A DNA stretch of 64,000 bases from positions 260,896,001 to 260,960,000 of the forward strand of contig OZ024741.1 of NCBI GenBank assembly GCA_964016885.1, given 5' to 3'. Of the stretch, positions 53,810 to 64,000 are shown piece after piece; the first letter of the stretch is position 1; each line of letters begins with the position of its first letter. The notes below the pieces were generated by a model, which had not been told where the DNA came from, searched no databases, and saw nothing but the letters and a program-made list of their open reading frames with translations. Source of the DNA: Eledone cirrhosa (lineage: Eukaryota). The translations under genes and the position numbers were made by a program.

Positions 53810-56626
53810 GTTTCGCTTTACGAGTGTTTCGACTTACGAGTGTTTCGACATACGAGTGTTTCGACTTCCGAATGTTTTTGCTTACGGGTGTTTCGACTTA
53901 CGAATGTTTCGGCTTACGAGTGTTTCGGCTTACGAGTGTTCCGACTTAGGAGTGTTTCGGCTTACGAGTGTTTCCGGCTTACGAGTGTTTCGACTTACGA
54001 GTGTTTCGACTTTCGAGTGTTTTGACTTACGGGTGTTTTGACTTACGGGTGTTGTGAATTACCAGTGTTCCGATTTACGAGTGTTTTGACTTACGGTGTT
54101 TCGGCTTGCGAGTGTTTCGACTTACTAATGTTTTTACTTACGAGTGTTTCGGCGTTCGAGTGTTTTGACTTACGAGTGTTTCGACTTACGAGTGTTTTGA
54201 CTTACGAATGTTTTGACTTACTGGTGTTTCGGCTTACGGGTGTTTCGACTTACGAGTGTTTCGACTTATGAGTGTTTCGACTTACGAGTGTTCTGACTTA
54301 CGAGTGTTCTGACTTACGAGTGTTCCGACTTACGAGTGTTTCGGTTTACGAGTGTTTCGACATACGAGTGTTTTGACTTACAGGTGTTTCGACTTACGGG
54401 TGTTTCGACTTACGAGTGTTTCGGCTTACGAGTGTTTCGAATTACTAATGTCTTTACTTACGAGTGTTTCGGTGTACGAATGTTTTGACTTAAGGATGTT
54501 TCGACTTACGAGTGTTTCGACTTACGAGTGTTTCGGCTTACGTGAGTTTCGACTTAAGAGTGTTCTGATTTACGAGTGTTCTGATTTGCGGGTGTTCTGA
54601 TTTACGAGTGTTCCGACTTACGAGTGTTTCGGCTTATGAGGGTTTCGACTTACGAGTGTTTCGGCTTACGAGTGTTTCGACTTATGGGTGTTTCGACTTA
54701 CGAGTGTTTTTACTTACGGTGTTTCGGCTTACGAGTGTTTCGACATACGAGTGTTTTGACTTACGGGTGTTTTGGCTTATGAGAGTTTCGACTTACGAGT
54801 CTTGCGGCTTACGAGTGTTTCGACTTACTAATGTTTTTACTTACGAGTGTTTCGGCGTACGAGTGTTTCGACTTACGAGTGTTTCGACTTACGGGTGTTT
54901 TGACTTACGGGTGTTTCGGCTTACGAGTGTTTCGACTTACGAGTGTTTTGACTTACGAGTGTTCTGATTTACGGATGTTTCGACATACGAGTGTTTCGAC
55001 TTACGAGTGTTTCGACTTATGAGTGTTTCGACTTACGAGTGTTTCGGCTTACGAGTGTTTCGACTTACGAGTGTTTTGTTTTACGGTGTTTCGGCTTACG
55101 AGTGTTTCGACTTACGAGTGTTTGGACTTACGGGTGTTTTGACATACGAGTGTTTCGATACGAGTGTTCTGACTTACGAGTGTTCTGACTTACGAGTGTT
55201 TTGACTTACGAGTGTTCTGACTTACGAGTGTTCTGACTTACGAGTGTTTCGGCTTACGAGTGTTTCCGGCTTACGAGTGTTTCGACTTCCGAGTGTTTTG
55301 ACTTACGGTGTTTCGGCTTACGAGTGATTCGACTTACGAGTGTTTTGACTTACGGGTGATTTGACGTACGGGTGTTGTAAATTACGAGTGTTCCGATTTA
55401 CGAGTGTTTTGAATTACGGTGTTTCGGCTTACGAGTGTTTCGACTTACGAGTGTTTCGGCTTATGGGAGTTTCGACTTACTAATGTTTTTACTTACGAGT
55501 GTTTCGACTTACGAGTGTTTCGACTTACGGGTGTTCCGACTTACGAGTGTTTCGACTTACGATTGTTTTTTTCACTTACGGGTGTTTCGACTTACGCGTG
55601 TTTCGATTTACGAGTGTTTAGACTTACGAGTGTTTCGACTACGAATGTTCCGACTTACGAGTGTTTCGACTTACGAGTGTTTCGACTTACGAGTGTTCCG
55701 ACTTACGAGTGTTTCGGCTTACGATTATTTCGAGTTACGAGTGTTTCGGTTTACGAGTGTTTCGACTTACGGGTGTTTTGGCTTACGGTGTTTCGGCTTA
55801 CGAGTGTTTTGACTTACGAGTGTTTTGACTTACGGGTGTTTTGACATACGAGTGTTTCGATACGAGTGTTCTGACTTACGAGTGTTCTGAATTACGAGTG
55901 TTCTGACTTACGAGTGTTCTGACTTACGAGTGGTCTGACTTACGGGTGTTCTGACTTACGAGTGTTCCGACTTACGAGTGTTTCAGCTTATGAGTGTTTC
56001 GACTTACGAGTGCTTCGGTTTACGAGTGTTTCGACTTACGAGTGTTTTGACTTATGGTGTTTCGGCTTACGAGTGTTTCGACATACGAGTGTTTTGACTT
56101 ACGGGTGTTTCGACTTACGGGTGTTTCGACGTAAGAGTGTTTCGACTTACGAGCGCTTCGACATACGAGTGTTTCGACTTACGAGTGTTTCGGCGTACGA
56201 GTGTTTTGACTTACGAGTGTTTCGACTTACGAGTGCTTTGACTTACGAATGTTTTGAATTACTTCGACTTACGAGTGATCTGACTTTCGAGTGTTCCTAC
56301 TTACGAGTGTTTCGACATACGAGTGTTTCGACTTGCGAGTGTTTCGACTTACGAGTGTTTCGACTTACGAGTGTTCTGACTTACGAGTGTTCTGACTTAC
56401 GAGTGTTCCGACTTACGAGTGTTTTGACTTACGAATGTTCTGACTTACGGGTGTTTCGCCTTACGAGTGTTTCGACTTACGAGTGTTTTAACTTACGGGT
56501 GTTTCGACTTACGCGTGTTTCGACTTACGAGTGTTTCGACTTACGAGTGTTTCGACTTACGAATGTTCCGACTTACAAGTGTTTCTACTTACGAGTGTTT
56601 CGGCTTACGAGTGTTTCGACTTACGA

Positions 56627-56695
56627 AAATAACAAAGAGACGCGGTTTCAAATATCTATGCTTTTCAAATTCATTACATTAATCTTTATTTATAC
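56627..56695. repeat. 69-bp insert, copy 18, haplotype A with private T>G (AACAAAGAGACG)
   Basis: Read directly; the substitution removes the TAG, which is why ORF 55962..56861 reads through it. Confidence 0.96.
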
Positions 56696-59600
56696 GTTTC
56701 GCTTTACGAGTGTTTCGGCGTACGAGTGTTTCGACTTACGAGTGTTTTATCATACGGTTGTTTCGACTTACCCGTTTTTCGACTACGAATGTTCCGACTT
56801 ACGAGTGTTTCGACTTACGAGTGTTTCGACTTACGAGTGCTTTGACTTACGAATGTTTTGACTTACTTCGACTTACGAGTGATCTGACTTACGAGTGTTC
56901 CTACTTACGAGTGTTTCGACTTACGAGTGTTTCGACTTGCGAGTGTTTCGACTTACGAGTGTTTCGGCTTACGAGTGTTTCGGTGTTTCGGCTTACGTGT
57001 GTTTCGAGTTACGAGTGTTTCGACTTACGAGTGTTTCGGCTTATGAGTGTTTCGACTTACGAGTGCTTCGGCTTACGAGTGTTTCGACTTACGAGTATTT
57101 CGGCTTACGAGTGTTTCGACTTACGAGTGTTTCGGCTTACGAGTGTTTCAGTGTTTCGGCTTACGTGTGTTTCGACTTACGAGTGTTTCGACTTACGACT
57201 GTTTCGGCTTACGAGTGTTTCGGCTTACGAGTGTTTTGACTTACGAGTGTTTTGACTTACGATTGTTTGGCCTACGAGTGTTCTGACTTACGGGTGTTCT
57301 GACTTACGAGTGTTCCGACTTACGAGTGTTTCGGCTTATGAGGGTTTCGACTTACGAGTGCTTCGGCTTACGAGTGTTTCGACTTACGAGTGTTTGGAAT
57401 TACGAGTGTTTCGACTTACGAGTGTTTTGACTTACGAGTGTTTTGACTTACGGTGTTTCTGCTTACGAGTGTTTCGACTTACGAGTGTTATGACTTACGG
57501 GTGTTTTGACATACGTGTGTTTCGACTTACGAGTGTTTTGACTTACGGGTGTTTTGACATACGAGTGTTTCGATACGAGTGTTCTGACTTACGAGTGTTC
57601 TGACTTACGAGTGTTCTGACTTACGAGTGTTTCGACATACGAGTGTTTTGACTTACGGGTGTTTCGACTTACGAGTGTTTTGACTTACGAATGTTTTGAC
57701 TTACGGGTGTTTCGGCTTACGAGTGATTCGACTTACGAGCGTTTCGGCTTACGAGTGTTTCGACTTACTAATGTTTTTACTTACGAGTGTTTCGGCGTAC
57801 GAGAGTTTTGACTTACGAGTGTTTCGACTTACGAGTGTTTCGACTTACGAGTATTTTGACTTACGAATGTTTTGACTTACGGGTGTTTCGGCTTACGAGT
57901 GTTTCGACTTACGAGTCTTTCGGCTTACGAGTGTTTCGACTTACTAATGTTTTTACTTACGAGTGTTTCGGCGTACGAGTGTTTCGACTTACGAGTGTTT
58001 TGACTTACGGGTGTTTTGACTTACGGGTGTTTCGGCTTACGAGTGTTTTGACTTACGAGTGTTTTGACTTAAGGGTGTTTCGACTTACGAGTATTTTTGG
58101 CCTACGAGTGTTTCGACTTACGAGTGTTTTGACTTACGAGTGTTCTGATTTACGGATGTTTCGACATACGAGTGTTTCGACTTACGAGTGTTTCGACTTA
58201 TGAGTGTTTCGACTTACGAGTGTTTCGGCTTACGAGTGTTTCGACTTACGAGTGTTTTGTTTTACGGTGTTTCGGCTTACGAGTGTTTCGACTTACGAGT
58301 GTTTTGACTTACGGGTGTTTTGACATACGAGTGTTTCGATACGAGTGTTCTGACTTACGAGTGTTCTGACTTACGAGTGTTTTGACTTACGAGTGTTCTG
58401 ACTTACGAGTGTTCTGACTTACGAGTGTTTCGGCTTACGAGTGTTTCCGGCTTACGAGTGTTTCGACTTCCGAGTGTTTTGACTTACGGTGTTTCGGCTT
58501 ACGAGTGATTCGACTTACGAGTGTTTTGACTTACGGCTGATTTGACGTACGGGTGTTGTAAATTACGAGTGTACCGATTTACGAGTGTTTTGACTTACGG
58601 TGTTTCGGCTTACGAGTGATTCGACTTACGAATGTTTTGACTTACGGGTGTTTCGGCTTGCGAGTGTTTCGACTTACGAGTGTTTCGGCTTATGGGTGTT
58701 TCGACTTACTAATGTTTTTACTTACGAGTGTTTCGACTTACGAGTGTTTCGACTTACGAGTGTTTCGACTTACGATTGTTTTTTTCACTTACGGGTGTTT
58801 CGACTTACGCGTGTTTCGATTTACGAGTGTTTAGACTTACGAGTGTTTCGACTACGAATGTTCCGACTTACGAGTGTTTCGACTTACGAGTGTTTCGACT
58901 TACGGGTGTTCCGACTTACGAGTGTTTCGGCTTACGATTATTTCGAGTTACGAGTGTTTCGGTTTACGAGTGTTTCGACTTACGGGTGTTTTGACTTACG
59001 GTGTTTCGGCTTACGAGTGTTTTGACTTACGAGTGTTTTGACTTACGGGTGTTTTGACATACGAGTGTTTCGATACGAGTGTTCTGACTTACGAGTGTTC
59101 TGACTTACGAGTGTTCTGACTTACGAGTGTTCTGACTTACGAGTGGTCTGACTTACGGGTGTTCTGACTTACGAGTGTTCCGACTTACGAGTGTTTCAGC
59201 TTATGAGTGTTTCGACTTACGAGTGCTTCGGTTTACGAGTGTTTCGACTTACGAGTGTTTTGACTTATGGTGTTTCGGCTTACGAGTGTTTCGACATACG
59301 AGTGTTTTGACTTACGGGTGTTTCGACTTACGGGTGTTTCGACGTAAGAGTGTTTCGACTTACGAGCGCTTCGACATACGAGTGTTTCGACTTACGAGTG
59401 TTTCGGCGTACGAGTGTTTTGACTTACGAGTGTTTCGACTTACGAGTGCTTTGACTTACGAATGTTTTGAATTACTTCGACTTACGAGTGATCTGACTTT
59501 CGAGTGTTCCTACTTACGAGTGTTTCGACATACGAGTGTTTCGACTTGCGAGTGTTTCGACTTACGAGTGTTTCGACTTACGAGTGTTCTGACTTACGAG

Positions 59601-59839
59601 TGTTCTGACTTACGAGTGTTCCGACTTACGAGTGTTTTGACTTACGAATGTTCTGACTTACGGGTGTTTCGCCTTACGAGTGTTTCGACTTACGAGTGTT
59701 TTAACTTACGGGTGTTTCGACTTACGCGTGTTTCGACTTACGAGTGTTTCGACTTACGAGTGTTTCGACTTACGAATGTTCCGACTTACGAGTGTTTCTA
59801 CTTACGAGTGTTTCGGCTTACGAGTGTTTCGACTTACGA

Positions 59840-59908
59840 AAATAACAAATAGACGCGGTTTCAAATATCTATGCTTTTCAAATTCATTACATTAATCTTT
59901 ATTTATAC
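59840..59908. repeat. 69-bp insert, copy 19, haplotype A
   Basis: Copy 18 + 3213 bp. Confidence 0.97.
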
Positions 59909-61029
59909 GTTTCGCTTTACGAGTGTTTCGGCGTACGAGTGTTTCGACTTACGAGTGTTTTAACATACGGTTGTTTCGACTTACCCGTTTTTCGACTACG
60001 AATGTTCCGACTTACGAGTGTTTCAACTTACGAGTGTTTCGACTTACGAGTGCTTTGACTTACGAATGTTTTGACTTACTTCGACTTACGAGTGATCTGA
60101 CTTACGAGTGTTCCTACGTACGAGTGTTTCGACTTACGAGTGTTTCGACTTACGAGTGTTTCGGCTTACGTGTGTTTCGGTGTTTCGGCTTACGTGTGTT
60201 TCGACTTACGAGTGTTTCGACTTACGAGTGTTTCGGCTTATGAGTGTTTCGACTTACGAGTGCTTCGGCTTACGAGTGTTTCGACTTACGAGTATTTCGG
60301 CTTACGAGTGTTTCGACGTACGAATGTTTTGGCATACGAGTGTTTCGGCTTATGAGTGTTTCGGCTTACGAGTGTTTCGACTTACGAGTGTTTCGGCTTA
60401 CGAGTGTTTCAGTGTTTCGGCTTACGTGTGTTTCGACTTACGAGTGTTTCGACTTACGACTGTTTCGGCTTACGAGTGTTTCGGCTTACGAGTGTTTTGA
60501 CTTACGAGTGTTTTGACTTACGATTGTTTGGCCTACGAGTGTTCTGACTTACGGGTGTTCTGACTTACGAGTGTTCCGACTTACGAGTGTTTCGGCTTAT
60601 GAGGGTTTCGACTTACGAGTGCTTCGGCTTACGAGTGTTTCGACTTACGAGTGTTTCGAATTACGAGTGTTTCGACTTACGAGTGTTTTGACTTACGAGT
60701 GTTTTGACTTACGGTGTTTCGGCTTACGAGTGTTTCGACTTACGAGTGTTATGACTTACGGGTGTTTTGACATACGAGTGTTTCGACTTACGAGTGTTTT
60801 GACTTACGGGTGTTTTGACATACGAGTGTTTCGATACGAGTGTTCTGACTTACGAGTGTTCTGACTTACGAGTGTTCTGACTTACGAGTGTTTCGACATA
60901 CGAGTGTTTTGACTTACGGGTGTTTCGACTTACGAGTGTTTTGACTTACGAATGTTTTGACTTACGGGTGTTTCGGCTTACGAGTGTTTCGACTTACGAG
61001 CGTTTCGGCTTACGAGTGTTTCGACTTAC

Positions 61030-64000
61030 TAATGTTTTTACTTACGAGTGTTTCGGCGTACGAGAGTTTTGACTTACGAGTGTTTCGACTTACGAGTGTT
61101 TCGACTTACGAGTATTTTGACTTACGAATGTTTTGACTTACGGGTGTTTCGGCTTACGAGTGTTTCGACTTACGAGTCTTTCGGCTTACGAGTGTTTCGA
61201 CTTACTAATGTTTTTGCTTACGAGTGTTTCGGCGTACGAGTGTTTCGACTTACGAGTGTTTTGACTTACGGGTGTTTTGACTTACGGGTGTTTCGGCTTA
61301 CGAGTGTTTTGACTTACGAGTGTTTTGACTTAAGGGTGTTTCGACTTACGAGTATTTTTGGCCTACGAGTGTTTCGACTTACGAGTGTTTTAACTTACGA
61401 GTGTTCTGATTTACGGATGTTTCGACATACGAGTGTTTCGACTTACGAGTGTTTCGACTTATGAGTGTTTCGACTTACGAGTGTTTCGACTTACGAGTGT
61501 TTCGGCTTATGATTGTTTCGACTTACGAGTGTTTTGACTTACGGGTGTTTTGACATACGAGTGTTTCGATACGAGTGTTCTGACTTACGAGTGTTCTGAC
61601 TTACGAGTGTTTTGACTTACGAGTGTTCTGACTTACGAGTGTTCCGACTTACGAGTGTTCCGACTTACGAGTGTTTCGGCTTACGAGTGTTTCCCGCTTA
61701 CGAGTGTTTCGACTTACGAGTGTTTTGACTTACGGTGTTTCGGCTTACGAGTGATTCGACTTACGAGTGTTTTGACTTACGGGTGTTTTGACTTACGGGT
61801 GTTGTGAATTACGAGTGTTCCGATTTACGAGTGTTTTGACTTACGGTGTTTCGGCTTACGAGTGATTCGACTTACGAATGTTTTGACTTACGGGTGTTTC
61901 GGCTTGCGAGTGTTACGACTTACGAGTGTTTCGGCTTATGAGTGTTTCGACTTACTAATGTTTTTATTTACGAGTGTTCTGACTTACGAGTGTTTCGAAT
62001 TACGAGTGTTTCGGCGTACGAGTGTTTTGACTTACGAGTGTTTCGAATTACGAGTGTTTTGACTTACGAATGTTTTGACTTACGGGTGTTTCGGCTTACG
62101 AGTGTTTCGACTTACGAGTGTTTCGGCTTGCGAGTGTTTCGACTTACTAATGTTTTTACTTACGAGTTTTTCGGCGTACGAGTGTTTCGACTTACGAGTG
62201 TTTCGACTTACGGGTGTTTTGACTTAAGGGTGTTTCGACTTACAAGTGTTTCGACTTACGAGTGTTTCGACTTACGAGTGTTCTGACTTACGAGTGTTCT
62301 GATTTACGGATGTTTCGACATACGAGTGTTTCGACTTACGAGTGTTTCGACTTACGAGTGTTTTGACTTAAGGGTGTTTTGACATACGAGTGTTTCGATA
62401 CGAGTGTTTCGACTTACGGGTGTTTCGGCTTACGAGTGTTCCGACATACGAGTGTTTTGACTTACGGGTGTTTCGGCTTACGAGTGTTTCGACTTACGAG
62501 AGTTTCGACTTACGAGTGTTTCGACTTACGAGTGTTTCGGCTTACGTGAGTTTCGACTTAAGAGTGTTCTGATTTACGAGTGTTCTGATTTGCGGGTGTT
62601 CTGATTTACGAGTGTTCCGACTTACGAGTGTTTCGGCTTATGAGTGTTTCGACTTACGAGTGTTTCGGCTTACGAGTGTTTCGACTTATGGGTGTTTCGA
62701 CTTACGAGTGTTTTTACTTACGGTGTTTCGACTTACGAGTGTTTTGACTTACGAATATTTTAACTTACGGGTGTTTCGGCTTACGAGTGTTTCGACTTAC
62801 TAATGTTCTTACTTACGAGTGTTTCGGCGTACGAGAGTTTTGACTTACGAGTGTTTCGACTTACGAGTGTTTCGACTTACGAGTGTTTTGACTTACGAAT
62901 GTTTTGACTTACGGGTGTTTCGGCTTACGAGTGTTTCGACTTACGAGTGTTTCGGCTTACGAGTGTTTCGACTTACTAATGTTTTTACTTACGAGTGTTT
63001 CGGCGTACGAGTGTTTCGACTTACGAGTGTTTCGACTTACGGGTGTTTTGACTTACGGGTGTTTCGGCTTACGAGTGTTTTGACTTACGAGTGTTTTGAC
63101 TTAAGGGTGTTTCGACTTACGAGTATTTTTGGCTTACGAGTGTTTCGACTTACGAGTGTTTTGACTTACGAGTGTTCTGATTTACGGATGTTTCGACATA
63201 CGAGTGTTTCGACTTACGAGTGTTTCGACTTACGAGTGTTTCGGCTTATGATTGTTTCGACTTACGAGTGTTTTGACTTACGGTGTTTCAGCTTACGAGT
63301 GTTTCGACTTACGAGTGTTTTGACTTACGGGTGTTTTGACATACGAGTGTTTCGATACGAGTGTTCTGACTTACGAGTGTTCTGACTTACGAGTGTTTTG
63401 ACTTACGAGTGTTCTGACTTACGAGTGTTCCGACTTACGAGTGTTCCGACTTACGAGTGTTTCGGCTTACGAGTGTTTCCCGCTTACGAGTGTTTCGACT
63501 TACGAGTGTTTTGACTTACGGTGTTTCGGCTTACGAGTGATTCGACTTACGAGTGTTTTGACTTACGGGTGTTTTGACTTACGGGTGTTGTGAATTACGA
63601 GTGTTCCGATTTACGAGTGTTTTGACTTACGGTGTTTCGGCTTACGAGTGATTCGACTTACGAATGTTTTGACTTACGGGTGTTTCGGTTTGCGAGTGTT
63701 TCGACTTACGAGTGTTTCGGCTTATGAGTGTTTCGACTTACTAATGTTTTTACTTACGAGTGTTCTGACTTACGAGTGTTTCGAAGTACGAGTGTTTCGG
63801 CGTACGAGTGTTTTGACTTACGAGTGTTTCGAATTACGAGTGTTTTGACTTACGAATGTTTTGACTTACGGGTGTTTCGGCTTACGAGTGTTTCGACTTA
63901 CGAGTGCTTCGGCTTGCGAGTGTTTCGACTTACTAATGTTTTTACTTACGAGTTTTTCGGCGTACGAGTGTTTCGACTTACGAGTGTTTCGACTTACGGG
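61030..64000 (+). repeat. Duplication with period about 1.77-1.79 kb, running off the window end
   Basis: ORF pairs 61048/62819 and 61862/63648; shared GTTTCCCGC, GGCTTATGATTG, GTTGTGAATT. Confidence 0.8.

Larger units (their letters stand above)
47470..56075 (+). repeat. Duplication at offset 4629/4597 bp (about 47470-51478 vs 52099-56075)
   Basis: ORF pairs 47564/52193, 48236/52865 (4629); 49755/54352, 50822/55419 (4597). Confidence 0.9.
54850..61480 (+). repeat. More diverged tandem duplication, period about 3.18-3.26 kb
   Basis: ORF pairs 54991/58172 (3181), 55962/59175 and 56710/59923 (3213), 57310/60571 and 57787/61048 (3261). Confidence 0.85.
1..64000 (+). repeat. 16-bp tandem satellite array, consensus ACTTACGAGTGTTTCG; extends beyond both window edges
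   Basis: Monomer is directly readable throughout. Common variants: TTTCGA>TTTTGA/TTCTGA/TTCCGA/TTTCGG, ACGAGT>ACGGGT/ACGAAT/ATGAGT, a 15-mer with TTACGGTG and a 14-mer with TTTCGATACGAGTG. No reverse-complement monomers (CGAAACACTCGTAAGT) were seen on the + strand. Confidence 0.99.

Noticed and set aside
56-63848. All ORFs in the track (60-299 aa) as protein-coding genes
   Set aside because: The same peptide appears in all three overlapping frames, the repeat unit is not a multiple of 3, frameshifting 14/15/9-mers are common, most starts are GTG/TTG within monomers, and no domain is recognisable.
1-64000. CRISPR array (repeat plus 69-bp 'spacer')
   Set aside because: Repeats are directly adjacent 16-mers without unique spacers, the insert is the same sequence each time, and there are no cas genes or leader.
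1-64000. Telomerase-made telomeric tract (long yeast-type repeat; the variant TACGGATGT echoes the Candida albicans repeat)
   Set aside because: More than 64 kb long with kb-scale duplications and inserts, no G-runs, and TACGGATGT is only a rare variant. A recombination-maintained terminal satellite cannot be excluded without chromosomal position.
1-64000. Strand inversions or large palindromes within the array
   Set aside because: No reverse-complement monomers seen on the + strand, and the ORF track has no minus-strand ORFs, which an inverted block would produce.
1-64000. Pure sequencing artefact (rolling-circle or adapter concatemer)
   Set aside because: Variants are shared hierarchically among distant blocks and indels come in whole monomers, as expected of an evolved array. 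Copy numbers of individual blocks could still be mis-assembled.
1-64000. Canonical CENP-B boxes
   Set aside because: The spacing between the A and CGGG is 0 instead of 2 nt, so this is kept only as a resemblance hypothesis.

Overview
The whole 64-kb window is one uninterrupted, single-orientation tandem array of a 16-bp monomer (consensus ACTTACGAGTGTTTCG, about 44% GC, two CpGs per unit; roughly 3,900-4,000 copies). It looks like satellite DNA, most plausibly eukaryotic heterochromatic or centromeric, but the organism cannot be told from the sequence. I found no credible protein-coding gene, RNA gene, CRISPR array or transposase. All listed ORFs are translations of the satellite: three monomers (48 nt) give the peptide LTSVSTYECFDLRVFR. 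The structure beyond the monomer is: (i) a 7+9-bp internal sub-repeat; (ii) a recurrent sub-kb ordered series of monomer variants; (iii) nested higher-order duplications with periods of about 1.29, 1.6, 1.8, 2.1, 2.63, 3.2, 3.36, 4.6, 9.15, 13.5-14.5 and 23.6 kb; (iv) 19 copies of a conserved 69-bp AT-rich non-satellite insert, always at the same monomer position and orientation, in two haplotypes, with two insert-less versions of its flanking context. Coordinates of duplicated blocks were derived by eye and from ORF-track offsets and are approximate.
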